The notes under the pieces were generated by a model. That model saw only the letters and a program-made list of their open reading frames with translations, searched no databases and had not been told where the DNA came from. A DNA stretch of 64,000 bases. Source: an uncultured Chloroflexia bacterium (lineage in GTDB: Bacteria > Chloroflexota > Anaerolineae > CG2-30-64-16). The stretch spans positions 1 through 64,000 of the forward strand of contig CAWEMM010000007.1 of NCBI GenBank assembly GCA_963810095.1. Direction: 5' to 3'. Position 1 is the stretch's first letter. Every line of letters begins with the position of its first letter. This document shows positions 62,799 to 64,000 of this stretch, piece by piece. A program made the position numbers and the translations under genes.

Positions 62799-63998
62799 CT
62801 ACACCACGCCCTCTGCCCGCAGGCGGGCCACGTCTGCCTCGGACCACCCAAGCTCGGCCAACACCTCATCCGTATGCTGGCCGAGCGTGGGCGGCGGTAG
62901 CCGGAAAGTCGCCGGCGTCTCGCTCAAGTGCATCGGATTGCCGATCGAATGCACCTCGCCCACGGTCGAGTGTTCTTGCGTCACGATCATCTCGCGCGCC
63001 AGGATTTGGGGATCGCGCAGCGCCTCATCGACCTCATTGATCGGCCCGCACGGGATGTCGGCGGCTTTCAGCCGCTCGATCCACTCGCCGGCGCTGCGCT
63101 GCAAGAAGATTTCTTCGATCATCGGGATCAGGATATGGCGGTTCCGCAGCCGGTCGGGATTGACGGTGAACCGGGCGTCTTGCCCCAGCGTGTCCGCGAC
63201 TTCCAGAGCCTCACAGAAGCGCTTCCAGAGGCGATCTGAGCCCACCGCGACCATCACGTACTTGTCCGCTGCCCGGAAGGGCTGGTAGGGCACGATCGTC
63301 GCGTGCGCGTTGCCCAGCTTCTTCGGCCGCTCGCCGGTCGCAAAGTATGCGCCCGCGACGTGTGTCAGCCAGGCGAGTTGGCTGTCGAGCAGCGAAACGT
63401 CGAGGAATTGGCCCCTGCCCGTCGTCTCACGGGCGAGCAGCGCGGCCAGGATGCCCATTGCCGCGTACATGCCGCAGGTCGCATCGGCCAGGGGGATGGG
63501 GTAGCGGATCGGGCCCGAGCCCGGCTCGCCGGTCAGGGTCATCAGCCCCGCCCGGCCCTGCGCGATGATGTCGTACCCGGCCTCGCCCGCCGCCGGCCCG
63601 GTCATGCCAAATCCGCTCACAGCGCAGTAGACGAGCCGCGGGTTGAGCGCGGCGAGGGTGTCCGGGTCGGCGCGCAGCCGGCGCAGCGAGTCCAGGCTGG
63701 GCTGATTGACGATGAACACGTCGGCCGTCTCGACCAGGCGGTGCAGGATCGCCTGCGCCTCGGGGTGCTTGAGGTTGAGCGTGATGCTGCGCTTGTTCCG
63801 GTTCACGCTCAGGAAATAGGCACTTTCCGACTGCACGTAGGGGGGGGCCCAGCCGCGGGTCATGTCGCCCGTTCCGGGCCGCTCGATCTTGATCACGTCC
63901 GCGCCGAAGTCGCCCAGGTACATGGTGCAGAATGGCCCGGCCAGGGCCTCGGTCATGTCCAGGACGCGCGCGTTGTTGAGGACGGAGGTGGCATTCAC
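62799..63998 (-). CDS. CoA-transferase family III (CaiB/BaiF)
   Basis: LAGPFCTMYLGDFGADVIKIE, NRNKRS, GYD catalytic Asp, PPTLGQHT; the start lies at the window edge. Confidence 0.92.
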   Translation of the reverse strand: MNATSVLNNARVLDMTEALAGPFCTMYLGDFGADVIKIERPGTGDMTRGWAPPYVQSESAYFLSVNRNKRSITLNLKHPEAQAILHRLVETADVFIVNQPSLDSLRRLRADPDTLAALNPRLVYCAVSGFGMTGPAAGEAGYDIIAQGRAGLMTLTGEPGSGPIRYPIPLADATCGMYAAMGILAALLARETTGRGQFLDVSLLDSQLAWLTHVAGAYFATGERPKKLGNAHATIVPYQPFRAADKYVMVAVGSDRLWKRFCEALEVADTLGQDARFTVNPDRLRNRHILIPMIEEIFLQRSAGEWIERLKAADIPCGPINEVDEALRDPQILAREMIVTQEHSTVGEVHSIGNPMHLSETPATFRLPPPTLGQHTDEVLAELGWSEADVARLRAEGVV

Positions 63999-64000
63999 GC

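Overview
High-GC bacterial chromosomal segment; gene content and intergenic repeat style suggest Chloroflexota (Anaerolineae/Caldilineae-like), which is an inference. Left to right: tRNA-Val(CAC); a cluster of secreted SH3/clan GH-A glycoside hydrolase genes, one also carrying a degenerate GH18 domain; a SWIM zinc-finger gene behind a structured leader; a flippase-like gene and ugd; an M16 peptidase pair; acpS; an accessory block (SARP-nSTAND1-TM-WD40 regulator, a coupled lipoprotein, two secreted proteins with near-identical phased promoters, a methyltransferase); alpha-2-macroglobulin and pbpC; DUF2249; TldD/PmbA; a tandem cupredoxin lipoprotein; a heterodimeric ABC exporter behind an attenuator-like leader; xdhC, a degenerate ProRS paralogue and mocA; SPFH; a PPi-type Pfk; two paralogous lipoproteins; and a xanthine dehydrogenase-family/NCS2/DUF1116/FdrA/CoA-transferase catabolic cluster. 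About a dozen genes are broken by small indels, most likely long-read assembly errors. Several REP/MITE-like palindromic repeat families occur between genes. No CRISPR array, integrase, transposase or rRNA gene was seen. The best candidates for novelty are the SARP-STAND-WD40 mini-regulon, the ProRS paralogue that retains only its editing and anticodon-binding domains, and the leader RNA of the SWIM gene.
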